From positions 6,368,001-6,432,000 of the forward strand of contig CAVTTN010000002.1 of NCBI GenBank assembly GCA_963737655.1: a stretch of 64,000 nt of DNA. Reading direction: 5' to 3'. Origin of the DNA: an uncultured Planctomycetota bacterium (GTDB taxonomy: Bacteria; Planctomycetota; Planctomycetia; Isosphaerales; Isosphaeraceae). The position numbers and the translations under genes are program-made. Below the pieces are notes generated by a model, which ran no database searches, was not told where the DNA came from, and was given only the letters and a program-made list of their open reading frames with translations. Position 1 is the first letter of the stretch, and every line of letters starts with the position of its first letter. This document shows positions 54,846-64,000 of this stretch, one piece after another.

Positions 54846-56434
54846 CTATTTCCCGCCGGATGCCTTCTTGTCCCTGGCGACCCGAGCGTCCCTGAGCTCC
54901 TTCCAGCGTTGCGCCAGCTTCTCCGCCGGTTCGGTCCTCGCCGTTCGGAGGAGGTAATTGCCGGCGACGTAGGACGCGTACAGATCATCCGGTCCCACCG
55001 ATTTGTCGAGCGCCTCGAGGTCCTTCGGGGACCGGGTGATCCGATAGAGGGCCGCCAGGCAGTACGGGGCGAGGGCGGGGTTCCGGCCCCGGCCTCCAGG
55101 GTCTTTCGCGATTCGGGCGTGTCGAAGGCCCCGAGCGCCAGGGCCGCCCGGAATCTGGCCGAATTCCGATCGATCAGGGGGTTGACGCCCTCCCCGGGGG
55201 TGTCCGGATCGACCATCCGGGCCAGGGCTTCGACGGCCCGAGGATCGCCCAGGTCGTCGAGCGACCCGGCGATGTCCATGTCCATCCCGAACCCTCGGAC
55301 ATCGCCGGGGAGCATTTTTTCGAGGTAGTCGAGCAGCCCGTCCGTCTTCCGGCGCGCCAGGATGTGGGCCGTGCTCTTGATCGTGCAGGTGCTCTGGGCC
55401 CCGTCGAGGATCTTCTGCAAGAGCGGCGTCGTCTTCGCCCCTCGGGCTTCCAGGGCCTTGAAGGCTTCGGCCTCCAGGGCGTTGTGCGGGTGGGACCAGC
55501 AGAGGATGGCCAGGATCTCCGAGGCCCGGTCCGACGGGTCCTCGGCGAGCTTTCGGACCGTGCCCTCCTGATCCAGGGCGTCCAGGGTGCGGACGTTCTC
55601 CTCGGTGTCCGTCAGGGTGGCGAACGAGGGGAGACGCTTGTAGAAATTCGCCCGCGAGCGACTCTTCTCGGCCTCGGCGGCCAGGCCCTTCTTCTCCTGA
55701 TGCTCCGCGAGGGCCTCGTGAGCCTCGGCCAGGCGCGGGTCGAGCTCCAGGGTGCGCCTCAGGAAGTCCGCCGCCTCGTCCTCATGGCCTGCGTCGCGAG
55801 TCGCCAGGGCGAGAGACAGGCGAAATCCCGGATTCTCCGGCTCGAGGGCGACCAGGGACTTCCAGACCCCGAGCGCGGCCTCGGGTTTCCCCTGACGGGA
55901 GTAGACGGAGGCCAGGGCCTTCGCCGCTTCGGGCGCCTCGGGTCGCAGTTTCCTCGCCTTCTCGTAGGCCGAGGCGGCGTCGGCGAGTCGATCCTTCTTG
56001 TAGCGGACCTCTGCGTCCTTGTCCCTGCTCGGCCTGGCCATCACGGTCCCGGCCCGGAAGGTCATGTTCGGGCCGGATTCCCCCTGGCGGAGCCGAATTT
56101 CGCCCACGGACATCAGGTAGGAATAGTCCGAGGCGTCGCCCGTCAGCGCCGATTCCCACAGGGACACCGCCTCGTCCGGACGACCGTCGAAATCCAGGAT
56201 TCGCCCGAGGGCGATCCGGGCGTCCTCGTCCTTCGGTTCGTCCTTGAGGTGGTCGCGGAGCAGCGCGATCGCCGGATCGATCTTCCCGGCGTTGGCGAGC
56301 TGGAGGGCCCGATCCGTCGGAGACTCTCCCCCGGCCCAGGCCCAGGAGGGATTCGCCGCGCCCCCGAGGCAGACCAGGAGCAACAGACCTCGCCCCGAGC
56401 GCAGGAACGAACAAACCCCGACGGCCCTCATCAT
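54846..56434 (-). CDS. Secreted TPR + HEAT repeat protein, frameshifted near 55085
   Basis: TPR units (ALASVY..QGK..AA...W...VALEPEN) and HEAT units (LGDPRAVEAL, RAALALG); the shifted frame continues NPALAPYCLAALY...GK to TAG 54846. Confidence 0.8.
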
Positions 56435-56622
56435 GGCTCGCCTCGGCTTTCTCGCGGGTTGCGATCATCCAGGGGGGCGCGGCCGCCGGCATGGCGAGAT
56501 CGCCAGGGCGTCGTCGGCCGCGGACCACGAAGACTTTCGTTGACAGGCCAGAGCCTATCTCCGTCCGGGCCGCCATGCAAAGGGATTCGACCCTGGATGA
56601 CCGAATTGTGTCGGGGCGGAGC

Positions 56623-58299
56623 TCACAGCATCGGCAAGTCCAATTTCTCCTCCCCGGCGATCTTGCGGAGCTTCTCCTGGGCCCGGGACTCGATCTGGCG
56701 GACCCGTTCCTTGGTGATCCCGAGCTCCTTGCCGAGCTGCTCCAGCGTTTGCTCGTCGGCGCCTCCCAGGCCGAACCGGCTGATGATGATCCGGCGCTCG
56801 CGGTCGTCGAGCCGGCCGAGCATGCCCTTGACGGCGTCTTGCATCCGCTTCAGGGCGGTCTCGTACTCGTGCTCGTCGGCCCGGGTGTCGGCGGCGGCCT
56901 CGAACATCTCCTCGTGGCCGGTGACGAAGCGGTCCCGGCGGTAGTTCTCCTCGGGGATCGTCCGGGCGAAGTTCTTCATGATCGCCCAGGAGGCATACGT
57001 GCTGAACTTGTTGCCCCGGGCGTAGTCGAACTTCTCGACGGCGCGGATCAAGGACATGTTGCCGTCGGAGACCAGCTCGAAGAAGTTGTTGCTGGGGCCG
57101 ACATGCCTCTTGGCGATCGAGACGACCAGGCGCAGATTGGCCCGGATGATCTGGTTCTTGACCGCCAGGGCCTCTTCCTGGAGGGCCTCGATGCGGTCGA
57201 GGTCGGCGGATCGGGCCCGGGTGGGGTCGAGGGCCTCGCGGAGCTTGTGGGCCTGGCTCTTGAGGAAGTTCATCTTGCGGAAGAGGTGGGCTTCCTGCTC
57301 GCGGGACAGCAAGGGGACCTCGTACAGGCTCGCCAGGTACGGCGGCAAGCCCTTCGGGGCCCTGGTCTTGCGAGGGGCCTTGCCCGGCTCGGCCCCGGGG
57401 AGGTCGCCGAGGATCTCGGTGTGCTGGCCCGGCTCGTCGAAGAGCGGGTGGGGCATGAACTCCAGCTTCGTCTCCAGGATCTTCCTCGCCCTCATCTCGT
57501 TCAGGACGCGGTAGATGCTCGATCGGGTCCGGCCGAACTGCGAGGCCAGGGCCTCGGCCGCCACTCCCCGGCGGAAGAGGCGGTAGATCTGGGCCTTGGC
57601 CGCGTCGTCGAGCGTCGGCGCGATCGGGGCGAAGATGGCGCGGTCGGGGTGGTCGCGATCGAACGCCTTCAGCGCGGTTCGGACCGTCTCGGTGGACCGC
57701 CCGAGCTTCCGGCCGATCCTCCGGGCGATCTCGGTGAGCCGTCCCTCGCCGCCGACGACCGCCATCCTCCGGGCCCGGCGGATGATCTCGTCGCGCTCGT
57801 CGTCGGAGAGCTGCTTGAAGCGGGAGCCGCGGTCCACCTGCTCCTTGTGGGCGTCCACGAACCGCGAGACGCTCGATTCGAGGAACCCGACCTTGGCCCG
57901 GCCGTCGATGATGAACCGGCGGGCGACCAGGCCCTGGGTCCTCCAGCGGGTGACGGTCCGGGTCGAGACGTTGAACCTCTTGCCGACGGCCTCGACGGTC
58001 AACACCGGCTCGCTGGCCTGCTCGGCCTTCTGGCGGACGGTCTCGGAGAGGTCCTCGACGAACAGGCGGAGGTCGTGCAGGGCGTCCGCCCCGTCCAGGA
58101 CCAGGGCCGGGGCGCCTTCGGGCCGGAAACCGGTCACGCGGAAGCACAGATATTCATAGGGATAGCGCTTGGCGGCGTCGATCTCGCCCAGGAGCCTCTC
58201 GGCGCGGTCGATCTGCTCCAGCCGGCGTTCGCGAGGGGCGAACCTGGCCTGCTGCTCCTTGAGCTGCCGAAGCGCCGGATGATGGTAGGCATTGCCCAT
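56623..58299 (-). CDS. Sigma-70 family RNA polymerase sigma factor with a long multi-HTH N-terminal extension
   Basis: PLLSREQE (r1.2); ANLRLVVSIAKRH, AVEKFD..RGNKFSTYASW (r2); TLEQLGKELGITKERVRQIE (r4). Confidence 0.93.
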   Translation of the reverse strand: MGNAYHHPALRQLKEQQARFAPRERRLEQIDRAERLLGEIDAAKRYPYEYLCFRVTGFRPEGAPALVLDGADALHDLRLFVEDLSETVRQKAEQASEPVLTVEAVGKRFNVSTRTVTRWRTQGLVARRFIIDGRAKVGFLESSVSRFVDAHKEQVDRGSRFKQLSDDERDEIIRRARRMAVVGGEGRLTEIARRIGRKLGRSTETVRTALKAFDRDHPDRAIFAPIAPTLDDAAKAQIYRLFRRGVAAEALASQFGRTRSSIYRVLNEMRARKILETKLEFMPHPLFDEPGQHTEILGDLPGAEPGKAPRKTRAPKGLPPYLASLYEVPLLSREQEAHLFRKMNFLKSQAHKLREALDPTRARSADLDRIEALQEEALAVKNQIIRANLRLVVSIAKRHVGPSNNFFELVSDGNMSLIRAVEKFDYARGNKFSTYASWAIMKNFARTIPEENYRRDRFVTGHEEMFEAAADTRADEHEYETALKRMQDAVKGMLGRLDDRERRIIISRFGLGGADEQTLEQLGKELGITKERVRQIESRAQEKLRKIAGEEKLDLPML

Positions 58300-58825
58300 C
58301 CTGACCACTCCCCCCGAGGGATCGCCCCGAGTCTCCCGGGACGGCCTTCCCTCATGAGCTTACGACACGGACGAGGGCCGGGCGGTCGAACCCTCGGCAT
58401 CGGGCTTCGGACCTTTAGACACGGCTCCCCCCGAAATCATTCGCGGATCGTCCGGGATTCTCGCCAATCCGCTCGCGTTTTTTCCCGACGCGTCGCCGAC
58501 GTCCAGGGTTCGCCCTGATTTTTCCTACGCAAACCGAATGCCTTCGGGACGAAGATTCCTGGACATTCGGCCAGAATGGCGGGGAATCGGCGCCCGGGGG
58601 TCGGGCCGTCGCCAATTTCCCGTCGCGTGACGGAAACGGCGCCAGGCTCGCGCAGGCCGGCCCGCCGCGGCCTCGCCGGGTGGCCTTGTCCCCGGCCGAT
58701 GGGAAGGCGGCGGGAGAGATCCTGTTTTCGGTCGGTCCTCCCACCGCCCTGATCGGGCGCGTCTCGATCCTGTTGCACCTCCTCACCACAGGGAGCGGGA
58801 TTGCTCCGCCAAAGATCACCCGGAA

Positions 58826-58855
58826 TTGACAGGATTCGCGGGTGCGAACTAGAGT
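58826..58855 (+). promoter_or_regulatory. Putative sigma70 promoter
   Basis: TTGACA-N18-TAGAGT, followed by an AAGGAGG RBS before ATG 58901. Confidence 0.5.
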
Positions 58856-58900
58856 GATCCCTCGGGGACGTCTCGACGATCGTGCCGAAGGAGGCTAAGG

Positions 58901-60247
58901 ATGGCTCGTTTCTGGACCTGCGCGCTCGCCTGGGCGGCCGTGACGGGCGGTGCCCGGGGTGGCGGGGTCGAGCTTCGCGAGGCGCCGGCCGTGGGATCAA
59001 CCAGCCGGGTCTTCCTGGAGATGAAAGCCTCGGGCACCTACCGGACGAAGTCCTCGCCGGCTGCGGCGAAGGCGGCCTCGACGAAGCCCCTGCCGATGAA
59101 GGTCGAGTCGCGGCTGGAGTTCGACGAACGGGTGCTCAAGGTCGGCGAGGACGGCCGGGCGTCGCGGACCGCCCGGAGGCTCCGCGACGCCGTGGCGGCG
59201 ATCGGCGAGGCCCGCCCGGCCCTGATCGAGGCCCGGACCGAGGTGGCCCTGCTCCTGGCCGAACGGCGCGACTCGGGGCCGGTGGTCGTCTGCCCCGGAG
59301 GGCCGCTGACCCGCCCCGAGCTGGACCTCCTCCAGGGGCCGGGCGATCCTCTGGCCCTCCCCGGTCTCCTGCCGACCTCGGCGGTGGCCGAGGGGGACCG
59401 CTGGAAGGTCTCCGACGAGGCCGCGAGGTCGTTGAGCGACTACGACAAGATCACGTCCAATGGCCTGGAGGCGAAGCTCGAATCGCTCGACGACGATCGG
59501 GCGAAGGTCCGCCTCGGCGGCGAGGTCAAGGGCTCGGCCCGAGGCGGCGAGGGGACGATCACGTTCACGGGACGGATGGTCTTCGACCGCCGGACGTCGC
59601 GGATCACCCGGGTGGAGCTCTCGCGGACCGAGTCGCGAGAGGCGGGCCCCGTCGAGCTGGGATTCGACGTCAAGAGCACGCTGAACATCGAGAGAAGCCC
59701 CGTCGAGGTGCCGCCGGGCCTGGCCGATGCCGTGGTCGAGGCGCTGCCGAAGGACAGCGACCCGAGGCGCGAATGGCTCCTGCTCGCCCCCTCGGGCGCC
59801 CGCTACTCGCTGGAGCACGACCGCGACTGGCACCAGACGGCCGACGAGCCGAGGCAAGTCGTCCTCCGACGGATCGAGGGCGGTGGGCTGGTCGCCCAGT
59901 GCAATCTGGTGGTCGGGCCGTCGGCCGGCAAGGGTCGTCACCAAGATCCGGAGTCGTTTCGGGACGACATCCGCAAGGCGCTGGGCCCGCGGTTCGTGGC
60001 GTTCCTCGGAGCGGGGGAGGTCGAGGGGCCGGACGAGTCGTCGTATTCCTACAAGGTGGCCGTCCAGGGACGGGAGGGAGATCTTGGCGTACTTTGGTAT
60101 TATTACCTGATGGCGGGCCCCGAGGGGGACCAGCTCCTGGCGACCTTCACCCTGGAGCTCGGGGCCGAGAAGGCATTCGCGGGCGAGGACCCTCGGATGC
60201 TCGGAACCCTCCGCTGGAAGGGCCCCGACGCCCGGCCTCGACAATGA
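58901..60247 (+). CDS. Secreted hypothetical protein (beta-rich; PsbP-like C-terminal domain suspected)
   Basis: Strong RBS, signal peptide, GC3-rich ORF; shares P...V..G..WKV and the C-domain start with the next gene. Confidence 0.8.
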   Translation: MARFWTCALAWAAVTGGARGGGVELREAPAVGSTSRVFLEMKASGTYRTKSSPAAAKAASTKPLPMKVESRLEFDERVLKVGEDGRASRTARRLRDAVAAIGEARPALIEARTEVALLLAERRDSGPVVVCPGGPLTRPELDLLQGPGDPLALPGLLPTSAVAEGDRWKVSDEAARSLSDYDKITSNGLEAKLESLDDDRAKVRLGGEVKGSARGGEGTITFTGRMVFDRRTSRITRVELSRTESREAGPVELGFDVKSTLNIERSPVEVPPGLADAVVEALPKDSDPRREWLLLAPSGARYSLEHDRDWHQTADEPRQVVLRRIEGGGLVAQCNLVVGPSAGKGRHQDPESFRDDIRKALGPRFVAFLGAGEVEGPDESSYSYKVAVQGREGDLGVLWYYYLMAGPEGDQLLATFTLELGAEKAFAGEDPRMLGTLRWKGPDARPRQ

Positions 60248-60302
60248 CCGCTCCTGCCGCTCTTGCCGGAGCCGGCGGGGCCCTCGAAAGGTGAACACCC
60301 GA

Positions 60303-61883
60303 ATGAATACGCCCGCGAGACGATCCACCTGGCTCGCCCTGGCCCTCCTGGCCGTGGTCAGCTCCGCCCCGGGCCAGGCGCCGGCGCCTCCTCCGGCCCC
60401 GGGCCGGGCCCCGCCGAATTCGCCCGCCCCATCCCCGGCGCCCTCGCCCGCCCCCGCGCCGATCCCTCCCGCTCCGGCCGATGACGCCCCGGCCCCTCCC
60501 GCTCAGGAGGCGGCTCCGCCCCAGAGCGTGGCGAGCCTGACGGCCGGCTATCGCCTCCAGGAGCGGTTTACTCCGGGCGAGGACCGCGGCCGGGCCGTCG
60601 GCCAGACTCAGGTGGCCTTCAAGGAGACGACCTCTCGCGATGACGCCGGGGCGAAGGAGCCGGTGGTCTACCGGGTCACCTTCAGCGAGCGCCCGGCGGT
60701 CCTCAGCCCGACCGACGACCGGGTCCCGACCGATCTGATCCGCCACTACGACTCGGTCGCCGTCACGCCCGACCCGTGGAAGGGCCGGAAAGGCCGCCGC
60801 CCCCTGGACGGACTGACGGTCTGGTATCGCGAGCAAGTCGGCGAGCCGCCCCTGGTCATGGTCCTGACCCCGGGACGGTCGCTCCGCGAGGAGGAATATC
60901 GGTTCGCGATCAATTATGAGTTCGTCCCCAAGCTCAGCCTGCTCCTGCCCGAGCTCCCGGTCAAGCTCGGCGAGGGCTGGAAGGTCGCCAAGGCCGGCGC
61001 GGTGGCCCTGGTCAACGACGAGGTCCGCTCCGGGGTGCTCTCGGCGAAGCTCACCTCCATCGTGGCCCACCCCAGGAACCCGGGCCAGCAGCTCGCCACG
61101 ATCGACGTGACGGGCCGGCTCCAGACCGGCGACGAAACGGCGACGTTTGAGACCCTGGTCCGGGCCCGCCTCGGCTTCGCCTTCATCCCGGCGCCCCACG
61201 CCGCCGATGCCCCGGTGATCGACGCCCCCGGGATGATCGAGAAGCTCAGCCTGGGTCAGAGCTCCTCGCTGCCAATCCCCGAGACCGGGCGGAAGCTGAC
61301 GATCAAGAGGGAACTCGTCCTGGCGCGAAAACGGCCCGGCGACGACCCGCCCCTGGTCCTGCCCGACCCCGCCCCGGAACCCACGGCGGCGAATTCCTGG
61401 CTGACCTTCTCCGACAAGGACGGCCGGTTCCACTTCCGTCATCCCCAGGGCTACCAGCCCGTGTTTCCCCCGGGCCTGCCCAACGTCGTGGACCTCAGGC
61501 GCTATCACGCCGACTCCCCCGACGACATCGTCCGGATCGATTTCCAACCGCAGCTGGACACCAAGCCCGAGGCCATGTTCCAGAGGCTCACCGACGAATG
61601 GAGAGACCAGGGGATCGAGGTCGTCCCCGGGCAGACCCACAAGCTCCCCTCGGCCGACTGGCCGGGCATGACCGTCCACCACATGGAAGCCGCCCTGACC
61701 CTGGGCGAGGGGACCGGCCGGGCCGGGCTCCGGCGCTATTTCGACGGCTACATCATGAGCTTCTCCAACGGCTCGAAGGTCCGGGTCAGCGCCACCACGT
61801 TCCAGGACCAGCCCGCCAGCTTCCGCAAGCAGGTGGAATCCATGCTCAAGACCATCCAGCTCGGGGCCCCGCCCACCGAGTAG
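60303..61883 (+). CDS. Secreted hypothetical protein with Pro/Ala linker, probable paralog of the upstream gene
   Basis: Signal peptide, PAP-rich linker, LLPELPVKLGEGWKV, WLTFSDKDGRFHFRHPQGY. Confidence 0.8.
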   Translation: MNTPARRSTWLALALLAVVSSAPGQAPAPPPAPGRAPPNSPAPSPAPSPAPAPIPPAPADDAPAPPAQEAAPPQSVASLTAGYRLQERFTPGEDRGRAVGQTQVAFKETTSRDDAGAKEPVVYRVTFSERPAVLSPTDDRVPTDLIRHYDSVAVTPDPWKGRKGRRPLDGLTVWYREQVGEPPLVMVLTPGRSLREEEYRFAINYEFVPKLSLLLPELPVKLGEGWKVAKAGAVALVNDEVRSGVLSAKLTSIVAHPRNPGQQLATIDVTGRLQTGDETATFETLVRARLGFAFIPAPHAADAPVIDAPGMIEKLSLGQSSSLPIPETGRKLTIKRELVLARKRPGDDPPLVLPDPAPEPTAANSWLTFSDKDGRFHFRHPQGYQPVFPPGLPNVVDLRRYHADSPDDIVRIDFQPQLDTKPEAMFQRLTDEWRDQGIEVVPGQTHKLPSADWPGMTVHHMEAALTLGEGTGRAGLRRYFDGYIMSFSNGSKVRVSATTFQDQPASFRKQVESMLKTIQLGAPPTE

Positions 61884-61892
61884 GGGCCTCTC

Positions 61893-62813
61893 TCATGAAC
61901 CCGAGGTCAGGGCCGAGGCCACCTCTCCGGCCAGGGCGGCGTTCCGGACGATCAGGGCGCGGTTCGCCACGAGGCTCCGGCCTCCGGTCGCCTGGCGGAT
62001 CGCGTCCAGGAGGAACGGGGTGATCGCCTTGCCCCGGACCCCTTCGGCCTCGGCTCGGGCGATCGCGGTAGCAACCCGGGCCTCCATCTCGTCCCGGGGG
62101 ATTTCCAGGGATTCGGGAACCGGTTGGGCCAGGACCACGGCGCCGGGCAACCCCAGGCGGCGGTGCTCCCGGATCATCCCGGCGGCCTCCTCGACCGAGT
62201 CGGCCCGCCAGTCCAGGGGAAGGCCGCTGGATCGGGTGGTGAACGCCGGGAATTCGCCCGTGCGGTAACCGACCATCGCCACGCCGAGCGTTTCGAGCCG
62301 CTCCAGGGTCGCCGAGACGTCCAGGATCGACTTGACTCCCGAGCAGATGACCGCGATCCCGTCGCCTCGGGCCAGCTCGTCCAGGTCGGTGGATTCGTCG
62401 AACGTCTCCGAAGCCCCGCGATGGACGCCTCCGAGCCCGCCGGTGGCCATCGCGCCGATCCCGGCGATCCGGGCGAGATGAAGGGTGGCCGAGACCGTCG
62501 TGGCGGCGTCCTTCTTGCCGGCGACCGCCGGCCCGAGGTCCCTCCGCCCCGCCTTGACGACTCCCCGGGCCGAGGCGAGCCGCTCCAGGCCGGCCGGGTC
62601 GAGCCCCAGGCGGACGATTCCTCCGATCACGGCAACCGTCGCGGGGATCGCCCCGGAGCGCCTCACGGCCTCCTCGGACTCCCGGGCCGTCTCCAGGTTG
62701 TCCGGCCAGGGCAGGCCGTGGGCGATCAAGGTCGATTCCAGGGCCACGACCGCCCGGCCGGTCTCCAGGGCCTGGGCGACCTCGTCGGAGAGACGAAACG
62801 GTGAATTTTTCAT
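61893..62813 (-). CDS. psuG: Pseudouridine-5'-phosphate glycosidase
   Basis: VVALESTLIAHGLPWP.N, ATTVSAT, ATGGLGGVHRG, SGVKSILD, GKAITPFLL. Confidence 0.95.
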   Translation of the reverse strand: MKNSPFRLSDEVAQALETGRAVVALESTLIAHGLPWPDNLETARESEEAVRRSGAIPATVAVIGGIVRLGLDPAGLERLASARGVVKAGRRDLGPAVAGKKDAATTVSATLHLARIAGIGAMATGGLGGVHRGASETFDESTDLDELARGDGIAVICSGVKSILDVSATLERLETLGVAMVGYRTGEFPAFTTRSSGLPLDWRADSVEEAAGMIREHRRLGLPGAVVLAQPVPESLEIPRDEMEARVATAIARAEAEGVRGKAITPFLLDAIRQATGGRSLVANRALIVRNAALAGEVASALTSGS

Positions 62814-62927
62814 GAAGACTGGTCGCCGAAATCGGTCGATGTCGTGAAGGACGATCGTTCTCCGCCTGTCCGAGCGTATAATGGGCCGTCGCCCTCGGCC
62901 AGCCCCAAGTCTCATCCGCTCGCCCTC

Positions 62928-64000
62928 ATGCGCGTTATCTTGGATGTCGTCCAGGGCCCCCGCAAGGGCCGCTCGTTCGTCGTCGAGGGCCACGACACGT
63001 TCATCGTGGGTCGGTCCCGGTTGGTCCACTGCGCCATGCCGGAGGACTCCGCCCTGTCTCGCGACCATTTCCTGATCGAGATCCAGCCGCCTCGGTGCGA
63101 GCTGCGCGACCTGGGGAGCACCAACGGGACATTCGTGAACGATCAGAGGGTGGACCGGGCGCGGCTGGACTCGGGGGACCGGATCGCGGCCGGTCAGAGC
63201 GTGTTCCTGGTGAAGGTGGAGGGGGCGCCTCCGCCGGAGGTGCGGATCACGACGGGGAGGACGGCCGAGGCGGTCTCCGGGCCCGCTTCGTTGCTCGGCC
63301 AGCCCGGCTCGATCGCCTGCTCGGGCTGCGGAGTGCTCGCCCCTCCGGGGATCGACGTGGCCAGCGGGTCCAACCCCGATCATCGCGAGTCGATCACCTG
63401 GCTCTGCGACGCCTGCCGGGCCGAGGTCGCCACCACCTTCCAGCCCGTGCCCCACTACACCACCCTCCGAGAGCTGGGCCGAGGGGCGATGGGCGTGGTC
63501 TACCTCGCCTCGCACCAGCTCACCGGGCGGAAGGTCGCCCTGAAGCTGATCGCGCCGGAAACGGCCGCGGCACGGTCCGCGATCGACCGCTTCCTCCGCG
63601 AGATGAACGTGATCAGCCAGCTCAAGCACCCGAACATCGTCGAGTACTTCGAGCAGGGGACGACCCGGGGCCAGTTCTGGTTCGCGATGGAATACGTCTC
63701 GGGCCCGAACCTGGAGGAGGTCGCCTCCACGGACCCGGGCAAGTACCCGATCGTCCAGGCATGCCGGATGACTTATCAGGTGCTCAAGGGCCTGGAGCAC
63801 GCGCATTCGCTCGGCTACGTCCACCGGGACATCAAGCCGGAAAACATCCTGATCGGCAAGTCGTCCCAGGGCCTCACGGCCAAGATCTCCGATTTCGGCC
63901 TGGCCAAGAGCTTCCGGGGGATCGGCCTCTCGGGCCTCACGTTCTCCGGCGAGATGCGGGGGACGATCCCGTTCATGCCGCCGGAGCAGGTCCTCGACTT
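62928..64000 (+). CDS. FHA-domain Ser/Thr protein kinase (runs off window)
   Basis: Not in the ORF track. MRVILDVVQGP...VGRS...LSRDH...DLGSTNGTFVN (FHA); CSGC...CDAC; LGRGAMG, VALK, HRDIKPEN, DFG, PFMPPE. TATAAT at 62877-62882. Confidence 0.92.
   Translation, partial: MRVILDVVQGPRKGRSFVVEGHDTFIVGRSRLVHCAMPEDSALSRDHFLIEIQPPRCELRDLGSTNGTFVNDQRVDRARLDSGDRIAAGQSVFLVKVEGAPPPEVRITTGRTAEAVSGPASLLGQPGSIACSGCGVLAPPGIDVASGSNPDHRESITWLCDACRAEVATTFQPVPHYTTLRELGRGAMGVVYLASHQLTGRKVALKLIAPETAAARSAIDRFLREMNVISQLKHPNIVEYFEQGTTRGQFWFAMEYVSGPNLEEVASTDPGKYPIVQACRMTYQVLKGLEHAHSLGYVHRDIKPENILIGKSSQGLTAKISDFGLAKSFRGIGLSGLTFSGEMRGTIPFMPPEQVLD

Noticed and set aside
60360..60525. Low-complexity C-rich repeats
   Set aside because: Encode an ordinary Pro/Ala linker after the signal peptide.
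40725..62813. Functional link between the RluA-family synthase and psuG
   Set aside because: They are 20 kb apart with unrelated genes between; no evidence beyond shared chemistry.

Overview
Very GC-rich bacterial DNA, very probably a planctomycete (Isosphaeraceae-like; inferred from two DUF1549/DUF1553 + DUF1501 modules, Tat-exported Gfo/Idh/MocA enzymes, Uma2, FHA-kinase and an extended sigma-70). It holds about 45 protein genes, one tRNA-Leu(TAG) and one complete ISAs1 element with terminal IRs and a target duplication. I see no CRISPR array, rRNA or prophage. The best candidate for an undescribed system is a divergent lipid biosynthesis/export cluster at 28.8-36.1 kb: ACP, EamA/SMR-like flippase, an atypical PLP alpha-oxoamine synthase, a Cys-less KS/CLF-like protein, an intact ketosynthase, SDR, ABC permease and MFP. 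It suggests a sphingoid-like or aminolipid product. Other points of note: a putative ~130-nt structured RNA upstream of an RluA-family gene; a sigma-70 with three extra N-terminal HTHs; an AmrS-AmrA-AmrB triple fusion; a PAS3-HD-GYP-REC-GGDEF hybrid; a pentapeptide-repeat channel with a non-canonical filter; a BlaI/M48 bidirectional promoter with operators; and several families of intergenic palindromes. Six otherwise intact genes carry single frameshifts, mostly in C/G runs, which look like long-read assembly errors. All calls are by eye and motif recognition; no searches were run.
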